From Antedon mediterranea (taxonomy: Eukaryota > Animalia > Echinodermata), in NCBI RefSeq assembly GCF_964355755.1, contig NC_092672.1, positions 17,621,237 through 17,685,236 on the forward strand: 64,000 nucleotides of DNA, in the 5' to 3' direction. The notes under the pieces were generated by a model, which did not search any database, was not told the origin of the DNA, and saw only the letters and a program-made list of their open reading frames with translations. A program made the translations under genes and the position numbers. Of this stretch, positions 28,842 to 40,300 are shown one piece after another; the stretch's first letter is position 1, and the number at the start of each line of letters is the position of its first letter.

Positions 28842-30236
28842 TTAAAGAAAACCCAATTATCTCTGCCATTAAATACTAGACTTTTGGGAATATCCTTGGG
28901 CCTGAAATGCTTCTGCCGCCTAAGGGTTCTACATTCAGTATTCCTCAAGAATTCCCTAAAGTCAGCTACTGTAAATATGCATCATGCTCACTTTCACTAT
29001 CAGAGTCATCATCCCAGGCCCAACCAACATGTCGTGTCTGCGGTTCACCTCTAGAGGCACGCTTTGTGGAGGGTTGAAATCTCTTATACCTTGATTCCCT
29101 ATAATCATAACATGGTTCATAAGAGACTGGAGTCTGTTGGGTGTTATAGGAGCTATAAAAATCTTTTCTTTCCCTATCATAGATAGTGGGCCTATCTTGT
29201 GGTGCTTGGTATGTTGATGTGGCTTAGATAATAGACTGGCATACCACCGGTTTTATAATTAAAATGCGTCCCACAACTATCCTGCCAGGTAGATGTTTCT
29301 CGAGTACACGGTTGAGGTGGTGTTACCCGGGTACCATGGTAGGAGGATATTGGAGTAGTGTCCCGACGTACAAGCGTTGTCCAGGTATCATGATACGCAA
29401 TTGGACTGTTGGCGCTTGATTTAGGAACCCTCCCAGAATTGTACGATATTATCTACTGGTAAATCAGACAGTATATCAGAGACTCTTGTATCGTAATTAT
29501 GATTGTAATTCTATGTTTTAGCATGTAGAGAAGAATAGCTTGACTCTAACCCAGAATGGTCTGGTGGATAAGCAACCTCAAGTGATGTGCTGGTATCCCG
29601 AAGCTCACGGTAAATCGTTGGGTCTCCATCTCCCCCTTCCCATCTCAAGTTTGGAGTGAATTCCATCCATTTCATAAACTTGGCTTTTCCCGAGCCTCTT
29701 ATTATATTACCAATGTTATTTGGGGTGATGTTGTCATAACACTCCTTCCATTTATCAGTTTTTGGGCATGTGAGGCACCTATACCAGGCAAAAGGTTTAG
29801 GTCTAACATGTCGCAAAAATTAATAGTTTAGAAACAAATCGGGATTTTGGAGGCATGCTAAATTATTAAATCACTACTAAATCGTATATTTGATTATTAT
29901 TATTCTTTATTAAAAAACAAACCAATTGGCAGCAAATCTGCTGAATTGCATGGTAAGGGACAATATACTGAAAGTAAAGTAAAAGTCATCATTAAACAAA
30001 ATTATTGCAATTACAAAATATATGTAAATGTAAACATAAAGTATAAAAAATATAGTCTTATTGCAAGGATATAGTATACATTATTGCTTAATTAAAGTAT
30101 AAAAATATAATCTTAAATTTAAGTTGCAGTATTTACATTAATTTCTTAATTAAGGTTTTCATCAGTCGACTTCAGACAATTAAAAATAATTACAATTATA
30201 CATTTACAAAAACATTAAATACAAAATTAAATGAGA

Positions 30237-32043
30237 ACTAGATTTAATTCGTCACTATGATGAATTATAGGTTATATGCATTGATTTAAATAAAGATAAT
30301 TGATAATTGATTGATTTAAGATATATTGATTGATTGATTTTCTCAGAATCTTTAGTTATTTATAATATATGGATCTTGCTAACGCAAATACAATAGCCGG
30401 TAATCAAATATCCTTCTGCGTATATAATTTCATAAACCACATTTGTGTTTTTATCTAGATTTCATTATAAATCATGTGTATAATCTATCAGTTTCATGTA
30501 CAGTGTAATTAAAAAAACTGTAAAAATTGACCTTTTGCATTAATTACGTGCTTGCGCACAAAATTGATGTATTTTTAAATGCTCAAACCAACTCAATCAT
30601 ACTACTGTACTAGCAGGTACCCGACCAATGGACGACAAACATCTTATAATATATTGATTTTAATGTTCGGGAATCAAAAAGATAGTACAGTAATATAGTA
30701 CAATGCAGTATACACAAATCTATAAACGGTATCACAATCCGATCATAGATCCTTCTGCGTATATAATGCCATAAACCACATTTGTTACATAATAATAAAG
30801 ACATAACATATTTTTTATTAGATTTCATTATAAATCATGTGTATAATCTATACACTAAGAAATACAATTGAACAAACAATACGGATAATAAAAAAAAATC
30901 TTATTTCGTTTCGTTTCCCAAGGTGAGACTCGAACTCGGTACCTTGAATGCTATAGACACGAGCACAGACCACCGAGCCATACACAACTGACTAAAAATT
31001 ATGGAAAGATTCCTTCGTGTATTTACTATGCAGTAACCACTTTGGTGCAGATAGATTATTACATACCGCAATGAATTATAATGTTTTACTATGATGACAT
31101 TTTAAAAATTTTTTTTAAATGATGCACTGTCAAACTATATATTTTAACTTTAATATGAACTTCTTAAGGAAGAAAGTTAATGTTGAGTTTGTTATTTCGG
31201 CATAAGAAATTGTTATAATTTGTTTGATTGTCGAAATTAATTTAAAAAAATTTAATATGCCATTAATGATGACTTAATCAAATTTTGTTCTCTTAATTTC
31301 ATAATAAATCATACATATGATACATACACCTCAAGAAAATGAAATAAGAAATAGATGTTCCCGAGCATTCTAACGATATATATTAATTAAAAAATTTAGC
31401 ATACTGTATTTTCACCATTTTGTTAACTTACACGTGCGTAGCCTGTCACTTTTGACGTGCTCGTATAACACTGTTTCGTGTTGAAAAGTGAATACAATAT
31501 GATATTATTAAAGAAAGGTTATACAACAGTAATCGGACAAAAACAGTGCGCATTAACGTTTGACGCGCAGTGCGCGTGCAAAAATCTGCGCACTCATGGC
31601 AATTTTTTAAACGCTTAAAATTGCCTGAAACGTACTCTAATTTCATCGAAAATAAATTCTGACAATTTTGAACATTTTAAGCGCGCGTACGCATGCATTA
31701 TATGCGCTAAGCATGTAAATGTATTGCCATATGATGAAATATGACCTGAAATTTATGAGTACCAAATTTTGTTTAAAAGTGATTCATGCTTGTGAAGATA
31801 TGATTACAAACATGATTTCGTTAAATTCGCGCGCAGACCGCGTAATGTTTGATTGCGCACAGTGAAAACATAACCACATCGATTCCTGGCCATAAGGAAT
31901 ATACTCTAAAAAATTGACTTAGCTAGATGAAACTGATGCAAGATAATTCACAGACAAAATAGTGCTAAGGAAAGAATAAATAAATAAATAAAGATCCTGA
32001 CAGAATCAAGAGGTTATATGCATGATAATGCATATAACCTAAT
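30237..32043 (-). mobile_element. Helentron family A, copy 2 (inverted relative to 5372-6795), in the Gypsy leader
   Basis: Reverse complement of 5372-6795 over most of its length, with the same termini and an extra internal partial duplication. Confidence 0.8.
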
Positions 32044-32610
32044 TAAGAATAAATTGAGTCAAATTGCAAGAAATTACCCAACAATACTATACCAATATAC
32101 AATATAAAATCGACTTGTGTATAACTGAGGATTGTACTTCTTAAACTACCAGAGAAAAAATGCAAAAATATATAGAATATAATAGAATTAATTTACAACT
32201 TTCTCTAAAAGGCAATAGTAAAGAAAACCGAATTACACCTGCTTAATAGAAATCACAGTTGCTTAAGACGATATGCAAATGAAGCTAAAAAAACGTGCTA
32301 AGTCCGCCCACAAGTGTCTTAGGAATTCAGAAGATCACACAATGGAGGATACGCTTAGTAAATCAACTTCAGCAATGCAAAAATACAATTGAAATAATTT
32401 GATAATAATGAAAATAAATTAAGCTCTTTTTCCTCTGTAAGTTTAACTTCTTAATGGTACCACTTGATGAACGACGGCGCCTATAGTGTCGATACAAAAA
32501 TCCTTGCACTTTGTTAATTATCAACTAACCGCGGTGAACCCACACCGTGCACAATTGTGAAAGTGCAGCAGGAGATTTGATCCGTTATGTCGTCTCCAAG
32601 CAAACTCAAA

Positions 32611-32948
32611 TGTTATCACTATACTAGAATTCCGTTGCTGTGTACTGTATGTGTGTGGCTACCCGGTGAGCAATCCCTCAGTACTAGTCAATTACTATGA
32701 GGCTTAACTACATATATATATAGGCCTATAACCTATTGTTCCACCAATATTACCGTACAAACTGGCTTAGGCCTATAGACTAATGTATCTCTAACACCAG
32801 GCCAGGGAACGTGCGTAGGGCTGATGCTAATCCAGCATAGTCACGATTTACGTCCGTTCCATCCAATGTCATGAGTTCAAAGAGGCCGCTACGGCACCGG
32901 TCAGTAACGCACGTAACCTCGGGTCACCCCTTGGAGGTTTTCACTACA
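32611..32948 (-). repeat. 5' LTR of the Gypsy element (shorter, with several internal deletions)
   Basis: Same termini and sequence blocks as 24634-25093. Confidence 0.85.
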
Positions 32949-33298
32949 GATTTCTGAAGGGTGCTCAATTATTAATTGATTAAAAATATTTATAAATAAA
33001 AAAAAGTTATCGATATTTTACAATTTTATGCTTGCAGAATGCTGTAGACAACTCGTGAAGGTTAGATGAAGTATTGAAACAATTTTGAGTAATTTTAAGG
33101 GGTGGGTGGGTACGAAAGTGCATTAGCGCCTATCAAAGGCTAAAGCCGATAAATTTAAGTGTGCCGAATCGTCCCGACCCGGGCCAACATACGAGACCAC
33201 ATTTTCTGGGCCCGATCGTCTTGAGCACGGGAGATTCCGTGGTCCCGATCGCCTGATGTGATAACCATTTTTTATTTTTTTATATGATGTGGCCTTAC

Positions 33299-33340
33299 CT
33301 CCACTGTTTTTTCTTCAACAACTCGATTTGAAGACGACAT
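33299..33340 (-). CDS. TRIM37: TRIM37 coding exon 1 (MSSSNRVVEEKTVE)
   Basis: ATG at 33340, 42 nt, then a GTAAGG donor in phase 0. The peptide ends EKTVE, like the vertebrate first-exon peptide MDEQSVE, and splices in frame to SLSEVFRC. It lies in a locally CpG-richer patch. Confidence 0.8.
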
Positions 33341-33560
33341 TGACTCCGAGTTGCTTTCTTGTTATCCGAGTTAAAAGAAATATCGGTTGGTAAACAGCAA
33401 TTCGTTCATCGGAGCTAGGCCTACTAACTTGGTGGGTCAAGCCTGGCCAAGAAAAGCCTAGAGATATGATGATTGTTAGTGTGTAGCGATTGAAATGATG
33501 ATCGGATCGGATTGTTGTTTCCGGCGCCGCGACTTGTATGGACTATACCATTATAAAAAA
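33341..33560 (-). promoter_or_regulatory. Putative TRIM37 5'UTR / proximal promoter
   Basis: Immediately upstream of the exon 1 ATG. CpG-enriched patch (tttccggcgccgcgac; CCGGAA ETS-like site on the minus strand) in an AT-rich background. The TSS cannot be located from sequence alone. Confidence 0.4.
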
Positions 33561-34009
33561 GATGGGGAAATAGGGGTGTCCCTTTTATTAATTTAGTGTG
33601 TTAATTAAATGTGTTAACATCAATGGCCCATATTCATGAAAGGGGACTATCTTTAGGGTGTCTAGAAAAACTCAGATCTCAGATATATCTGAGTTTCCTA
33701 GATCTAGACTAGATCTAGAAAACTCAGATATTTGACTTTTCCAGATCTAGAAAACTCAGATATCAATATCTGCAGTTTTCTAGGCCTAGTTCCATTCTGG
33801 TCATCCCATTATGTGTTCAAAATATCATTGATAATTGTGGTACACATGATATTTTTTCTGATATTCGAAATGGTAATAATAACTTTGATGCCAACTGGGC
33901 TTCCAATACAAAAATAATTATGAAAGATCTAGCTCTTTCTCATTGGGTTGTGAAGACGCTAAATGTAAAACGGCAATTGAATATTAGGCCTATATGTATA
34001 TATAAAAAA

Positions 34010-34410
34010 TGAATCATGCCAAAATACGCAAATCTGCTTTGCCAAAATACACAAATCATGCCAAAACACGCAAATTTGCTTTGCCAAAATACGCAAATCA
34101 TGCCAAAATACGCAAATTGAGGGCGCTATGCTTTGCCAAAATACACAAATCATGCCAAAATACGCAAATCATCCCAAAATAGGCAAATTGAGGGCGCTAT
34201 GCTTTTGCCAAAATCAGAGCCATATAATTATATATTATATGGCTCTGGCCAAAATACACAAATCATGCCAAAATACGCAACTGCTTTGCCAAAATACGCA
34301 AAGTATATAGCGCCCTTAATTTGCGTATTTTGGCATTATTTGCGTATTTCGGCAAAGCATAGCGCCCTCAATTTGCGTATTTTGGCATGATTTGCGTATT
34401 TTGCCAGAGC
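34010..34410. repeat. gccaaaatacgcaaat minisatellite in direct then inverted orientation (MITE-like)
   Basis: More than 10 copies of gccaaaatac(g/a)caaat, then tttgcgtattttggc copies. A further piece lies at 36365-36440. Confidence 0.75.
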
Positions 34411-34536
34411 CATATATATATCCCTATTTTTTATTTCATTTTCTTGAAGTGTATGTATCATATGTATGATTTATTATGAAATTAAGAGAACAAACGTTGA
34501 TTAAGTCATCATTATTGGCATATTAAATTTTTTTTT

Positions 34537-36060
34537 AATTGTCTAACCAAAAACGTCATTTATCTCATATACTGTAATATTTGTGGCAAACAGTACGTTG
34601 GAGAAACAAAAAACACTCTCCGTATGAGAATGACACAACATAGATCAGCTATCAAAACATTAAAGCTTGATCAACCTGTAGCCGAACATTTTAATTCAGC
34701 TGGTCACTCGATTGCAAATTTCAGAGTTATTGCAATAGACCACGATGTCAAATATGAAGCGACAAAACTCGCAAAGACAAAGAAAACCACTGGGAACTGA
34801 ACTGAACTGAACTTTTATTGTATCTCACAGTCTCAATGAGATGTGCAACAAGTTTACAGTGAAAAATAATACATACACACTTAAATATAAATACAAAACA
34901 AGAAATTAGACATAAGAACAAAATAACAACAACAAAAAATTTAAGAAAAAAATTTAAGAAAACCGAAACAGATTAAATACTAAGAAAATGAATAAATTAA
35001 GTTTGAGAAGGAATTGTATTATATATATATCATTTCGTGTGTTCCAAGCCATGGTCAGAAAAATTTTACAATGTTTGTCGAAAATAATACTTGCTAATTC
35101 GTATACATCATGGGTCAATTGATTTGGTGTAATTTTAAATTCATTATGGATTTCAAGATCATCGAAGAATAAGTGGTATTTAAGATCTAGAGAGCTAGTA
35201 GTAAACAATTCCCAGAACATGGATAGATTATTGTTGTTTAGCTCATCTTTAAGGTTCATGAGTATTGGATGTCTAACGTACTCAAGTCGTTTGCATTCAA
35301 ATACGAAATGATATACAGTTTCCTTTTCATTACAATTACACAATAAACATATACCTGCATTTTGAGGTGACTTTTCTACCTTCAAGTGGTAGAGAATTGG
35401 AGCGAATTTTAAATTTTAGGTTTGAAGCATTGTAGTTACACTTATCTAATAAGTATTTTTCTAGTTTTGGTTCATTTTTATACCTTATATAATTACTTAG
35501 TGATGGTTTATAATTCTTAGCATTCTCAAGCCATTTCATCTTATCTCTTATAGTGTTTTTTTCTTTGAAACCTTTAAGCCAATTATTAGCATATTCTAAG
35601 TTAAAATGTTTTTACTTAAAACCACAAAACCTTTTGGACTTACCATTAGGAACATACTCCCAGATCGGTAAAATTATTCCATTGACTACCAAAATTTAAG
35701 TTTCAATATTAACCACCATTTAAGCTGTTTAGTCTCATTCCAAAATTGTTTATATCTCTACCAAGCTACCTTCTTTGTTTTCTACTCTTATTCAGACTCC
35801 AACCTGGCTCCCTTTGTTATATTTCTTTTATTCCTGTCCACCCAGGCAGCACTTGCCAGCTTTATACTATGACGTTATCCAAATTCCTACACTTGCACTG
35901 ATGTTGCCCGAAAGCTCTGCTAACTTTTCTGGCTGTTTACTTTATCGTTTTGATTTAGCTTTTCGCTTTTTATTTTTGTATCTCAGTTGAGATCCAGCCA
36001 CTGATACCCACAGCATTGTCATTTTGTTCAGTAATTTGCCCTTCATCAGTGCAAGTGTAT
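34537..36060 (+). mobile_element. Penelope-like element 3' fragment (GIY-YIG + pseudo-LTR), split by a LINE tail
   Basis: 34537-34795 and 35613-35735 are nearly identical to the GIY-YIG ORF at 57540-57920. Hammerhead-like motifs follow at 35894-35920 and, inverted, at 36036-36059. Confidence 0.8.
34796..35612 (-). mobile_element. 5'-truncated non-LTR retrotransposon 3' end (CCHC zinc knuckle, (AGTTC)n tail)
   Basis: LEKYL..KFKIRSNSLPLE..ICLLCNCNEKETVYHFVFEC, then AATAAAAAGTTCAGTTCAGTTC on the minus strand. Confidence 0.75.
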
Positions 36061-36182
36061 ATATATATATATAAACAAATCAGGCAAAGAACATTAATTC
36101 TAAACCGCTCGGTGATATACTGAAATTTAATTAATTAATTTGAAACGATAAAGATGAGGAAATCTGTGAGAATGAGAAAAAG

Positions 36183-36256
36183 TCGCCCCAACCGAGACTC
36201 GAACTCGGACCGCCTGCTTAATATGCAGATGTCCTAACCATTAGACCACTGGGGTA
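36183..36256 (-). repeat. tRNA-derived (cloverleaf-foldable) segment within a repeat unit
   Basis: Minus strand CCCCAG-TGGTCTAATGGTTAGGAC-A-TCTGC ATATTAA GCAGG-CGGT-CCGAG TTCGAGT CTCGG-TTGGGG, with A and B boxes. The anticodon loop is atypical. It is flanked by direct repeats, and a partial copy lies at 58473-58610. Confidence 0.55.
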
Positions 36257-37386
36257 TTCACGAGGCGGGATCTCCGAAGAGATACTTTTTATATATATAA
36301 ACAAATCAGGCAAAGAACATTAATTCTAAACCGCCCGGTGATATACTGAAATTTAATTAATTAATTATGGCTCTGATTTTGCCTATGCATAGCGCTCTCA
36401 ATTTGCGTATTTTGTCAATTTTTTGGCGTATTTTGGCATGATGCTCACCAACCCCACTCGCCAAGTTGGGAATAGGTACGAGTTATTTTCATTGCTCAAG
36501 TTATTATGATATAGATTTGTTTAATACCATAATATTGTTCAGAAACGTCATCTAACTTTTAAATATTTAACCTTAATTGTAGAAGTTTAAATAATACGTT
36601 TGATAAATTTTGTAACTTTATTCAGTCCTTAAATCATAGTTTTACTCTACTTGCCCTAACTGAAACTTGGGTTAAGGATTCTACCGACATCAATCTTTTA
36701 AGCATTCCAAATTACAACCTTATTTTAAATAACAGAGAACATAAAAAAGGTGGTGGTGGTGCACTTTCAACTCATTTTGATTTTAAAAGGAGATATGATC
36801 TCTCAAGCCTAATTACGTCAGCTGAATCAATTTATTGAAATTGAGAATGACTCTGGTAAAAACATTATTGCTGGACTTATATACCGTTCACCTGACACCA
36901 ACGAATGAAAATTATTCATGAAGATAAAAAAAAATTGCATACTTAGCTAGTGATTTTAACATCAACCTTCTTAGTACAGATCAATATGTCCAGGATCACG
37001 TTGATAATATGTTCAGTTATTCATTTCTCAGCCTGTTATTACTAATCCAACCCGAATTACCTTGCATAGCTCTACTATTATTGATAATATCTACTGTAAT
37101 ATTGAATCCTTGTATCCTTCTTTCACTTCTGGAATATTTACTGTTGATTTATCCGATCATTTTCCCACATTTTGTATTAACTCGTCCTTCCATATTAAAA
37201 AAAAGTCACCTACATTTATTAAGAAACTTATTTACAATGATAGATCTAAGCAAGAATTCTTTGAAAATTTACATTAACATAAGCTGGAATGAAGTACTTG
37301 AACAAAGTGATGTAAACATAGCTCTTTCTATTTTTAATAACATACTTAACGATTGTATAAACAGACATTTTCCACTGCAAAACGTA

Positions 37387-40300
37387 CTCTCTTAATGTAA
37401 ACGAGTGATATTTCCACTCCAAATTTAGAGTGAACTGATGTTCACTCTTGAATGAGTGGTAATCCACTCCAATTTGAGCGACTGCCATAATTATTAAGCA
37501 TAAAACGTACCACTCCTTCAACGAGTGTGCATGTATTCCCGCTCGAACTGTAAACACCCACCACTCGACTCCCCGGGAGTGAAAACTTTTGATCGAGGCA
37601 GCCAATCAAATGCAAGCATTTCATAACTTTTCATCGTCTTCGCGCGCGCCCGGGCCGGCCGATTGACTGTTTCTCTCTCTTTCTCCCGCCGCCGCATTCC
37701 AACGAGATGGAGGAATTTTTACACCAGATATTTGGTGAACAAGATCAACATTTAATCAGGATATTTAATGGTAAATTTACATTTAAAATGTAGCTTTTGT
37801 TACCGTGTATTGTAGAAATGATTATATTGTTTTGTAATATGTTTTATTTGCGTGTGAATCCTGGTGTGCTAACCTACCTACTGTACTAGCTAGCCTAGGC
37901 CTAGCCTAGCTAGGCCTAGCTAGTGGGAAGGGTGCTGGCAACGCGTACCCAAACCAACTCGTCCCCACCATATGCTAACTCGTATCTAGCCTATAGTAGG
38001 CGGACCCATACCCAAATTGTTTTGGCATGGGTACGGTACGACGAGTTGACCTGTCTTTATTGTTTTCACTTTATTCAACCACTCTTTATTAATTATTATT
38101 ATAGGTAGACCCGGCTAGGCTACACACATGATATTTACAAATTTCACTTATTAAAATAAAACGTTTTTTTTTGTGGCCGTAACGAACAATGCGGATAGGC
38201 CTAGGCCGGATGGCCCTCTGCTGCGGCCTTATTATTATTTACTAGACCCAGGCCCTCCTAGGAGCCTGTTGTAGACCTAGCCTATTCTAGTAGGCCTATG
38301 CCTAGCTAGGCCTAGGCTAGGTAGCTAGGATACTAGGCATATATTCTGAGAAATTTATGTCATGTTTCATGTTTCTGAATAATTATTTTAAGAGTAAAAT
38401 GGTACTATTAATTTACTCATTCAAGTTTACTTTGATTCTGTGAATCATTTCTCATATAGGATATAAAATAAATATTTAACAAAATAAATTTCAGAAAATT
38501 TTAGGTTGATTAGCCTAGGCCCCTACAGTAGTAATATTTTCAATGTTTCAGATTAACTTGGAATTTGAACTGATGTATTCAGGATGCAGATTCAAAATGT
38601 TAATCAAATTGAAGCCATATTACCATCTCAAGTTTGTGCAGATGCATAAATCAAAACTCAGTAAGTTTATAAAGAGTGTTAATTCTTACCTGTTTTATTT
38701 AATAACTTATTTACACTAATAGGAAGGTGTTTTGCCCAACTCTGACGTAATGTGTACCGAATATTCAATACATTTGAAAACAATTGCGAAAAAATATGCA
38801 AGTTCTTGGGTGGAAACCCACAGCCTCCAGATCATCAGGCCTCTAGACCACCGAGCTTGCGCTGATGGCTGGGGTTGAATTCGAGCCCAAGTAAGCAGCA
38901 GAAACTGTACCAACGATGATAATTGTTGTTAATTTTGTAACAACAAAGTTTTTGCGTCAGGGAATATACTCTTCCCTGTTTATACATCGATATAAAACCT
39001 TACATTGTAAAGTGTATTGATTGATTAAAAAAATATACAATAATCTTAGTACATTTTAAATAAAAAGATGGTTTACAAAATGCTAAAAACAGAAACAAAC
39101 AATTACTGTAACTTTAAGTGCATTTACTGTTTTTGCAGATGATCTGGATGTGTTCAGAACAATTACCATCAATATCAAGAGGTGGGAAAAGCAAAGTCTA
39201 CGATGCTTTTCATTACATTGTACAACACAAGCCAGTGAGTACTTGTTAAACGTTTTTATAATTCCATCATTAAATTGCAATAGATCTATACAAAATTTGT
39301 GTTTCATTCTTTGTAAAATACTCTTAGTATATGAAAATATTATATCTCAAAATTGAAACACAGTATGTGATTATACATTAAATGAGCCCCAATAAAATTT
39401 CATCTTCTCCTTTACTTCTCACAAGATTACTGTTGTATAAAATACCCTTTTCACAGCAGCATAATTTTGTATCTGGAGATCAAACCTGGTTAAAAACGAT
39501 TTATTTTCTGCATATGTGGAAATGTGGAAGTTAAATAAGAAAAGAAGGAAGGCAACTGGGAAATGCCTTTAGCTCACACATTTTGTAAACTTGTAATGTG
39601 CAGTATACCAAATTGAAATTCAAACCACCTGATCAAAAACAAGCGTGCATTATTCATCAGTATATTAACAAGGTGATTAAAGATACAAAATTGTAGTGTT
39701 TATTATGTGATAAATAATAGACTAAAGTACCTTTTGAGTATCGGAGGATTTGTGATAAATTCATATTTTTCAGCTTTTTATACTGTATTTTTATATTTTT
39801 CAGGCTGGGACAGATGTTGACAGCTTTGCAGCAGGAAAAGACCAGCCATTTATCCTTGCATTGGGTGATGTTAAAGAACCTACAGAGTTTTTTTATTATT
39901 GTTGATGCAACATCTATTCCTGGTGGTAACATAATTGTTCAGGCAATTGATCGACTTTTTTCAAATTCATTATAATTATATTTAATGTCCATTTGCCAGT
40001 CCGCTTGTGACCTTTTTTAATTTCTTGAAGGTCTCTTATACGAAATTACAACACACATCAAACCAACTGTTAGGGAGTTATATTCCCATCTTATTCGCGA
40101 TGATGAGTAACTGAGATGAAATGTTTTTGATGAATTTAAATTACCTCTTAATTATGCATTATGTATAGAGAAGAGATTTGCTTTTCAAAATAAACAAATT
40201 AATATAGCTCAATGTCAGTTTCATTTATTTGGTTGTGTACAATTGTGTTTTAAATGCATGTTTTTAAGGCTACTACCAAGTTTGGGATCTCAGAAGCAGC

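Larger units (their letters stand above)
24634..32948 (-). mobile_element. Ty3/Gypsy-type LTR retrotransposon, internally deleted (gag + protease only)
   Basis: Direct LTRs at 24634-25093 and 32611-32948 (TG...CA) and PPT GGGGAGAG next to the 3' LTR. Gag fragments (FNGRDNWVFFKERF; QYEGESIEDWGDRV) and aspartic protease VVVDTAA are present. No RT, RNase H or integrase motifs seen. Confidence 0.85.
24038..33130. mobile_element. Long-TIR non-autonomous DNA element (MULE-like) hosting the Gypsy element
   Basis: About 170-bp diverged TIRs (24038-24203 vs 32950-33130; GGCGCTAATGCA...TGCATTAGCGCC). Flanking duplication TATCAAAG(C/G). Confidence 0.7.

Noticed and set aside
34010-34410. Repetitive ORFs (ICVFWH / PKYA) as proteins, or a CRISPR array
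   Set aside because: They are translations of a short minisatellite with no unique spacers.
36183-36256. Functional tRNA gene
   Set aside because: The anticodon loop is non-canonical, the acceptor stem is imperfect, and it is embedded in a repeat with a truncated second copy.
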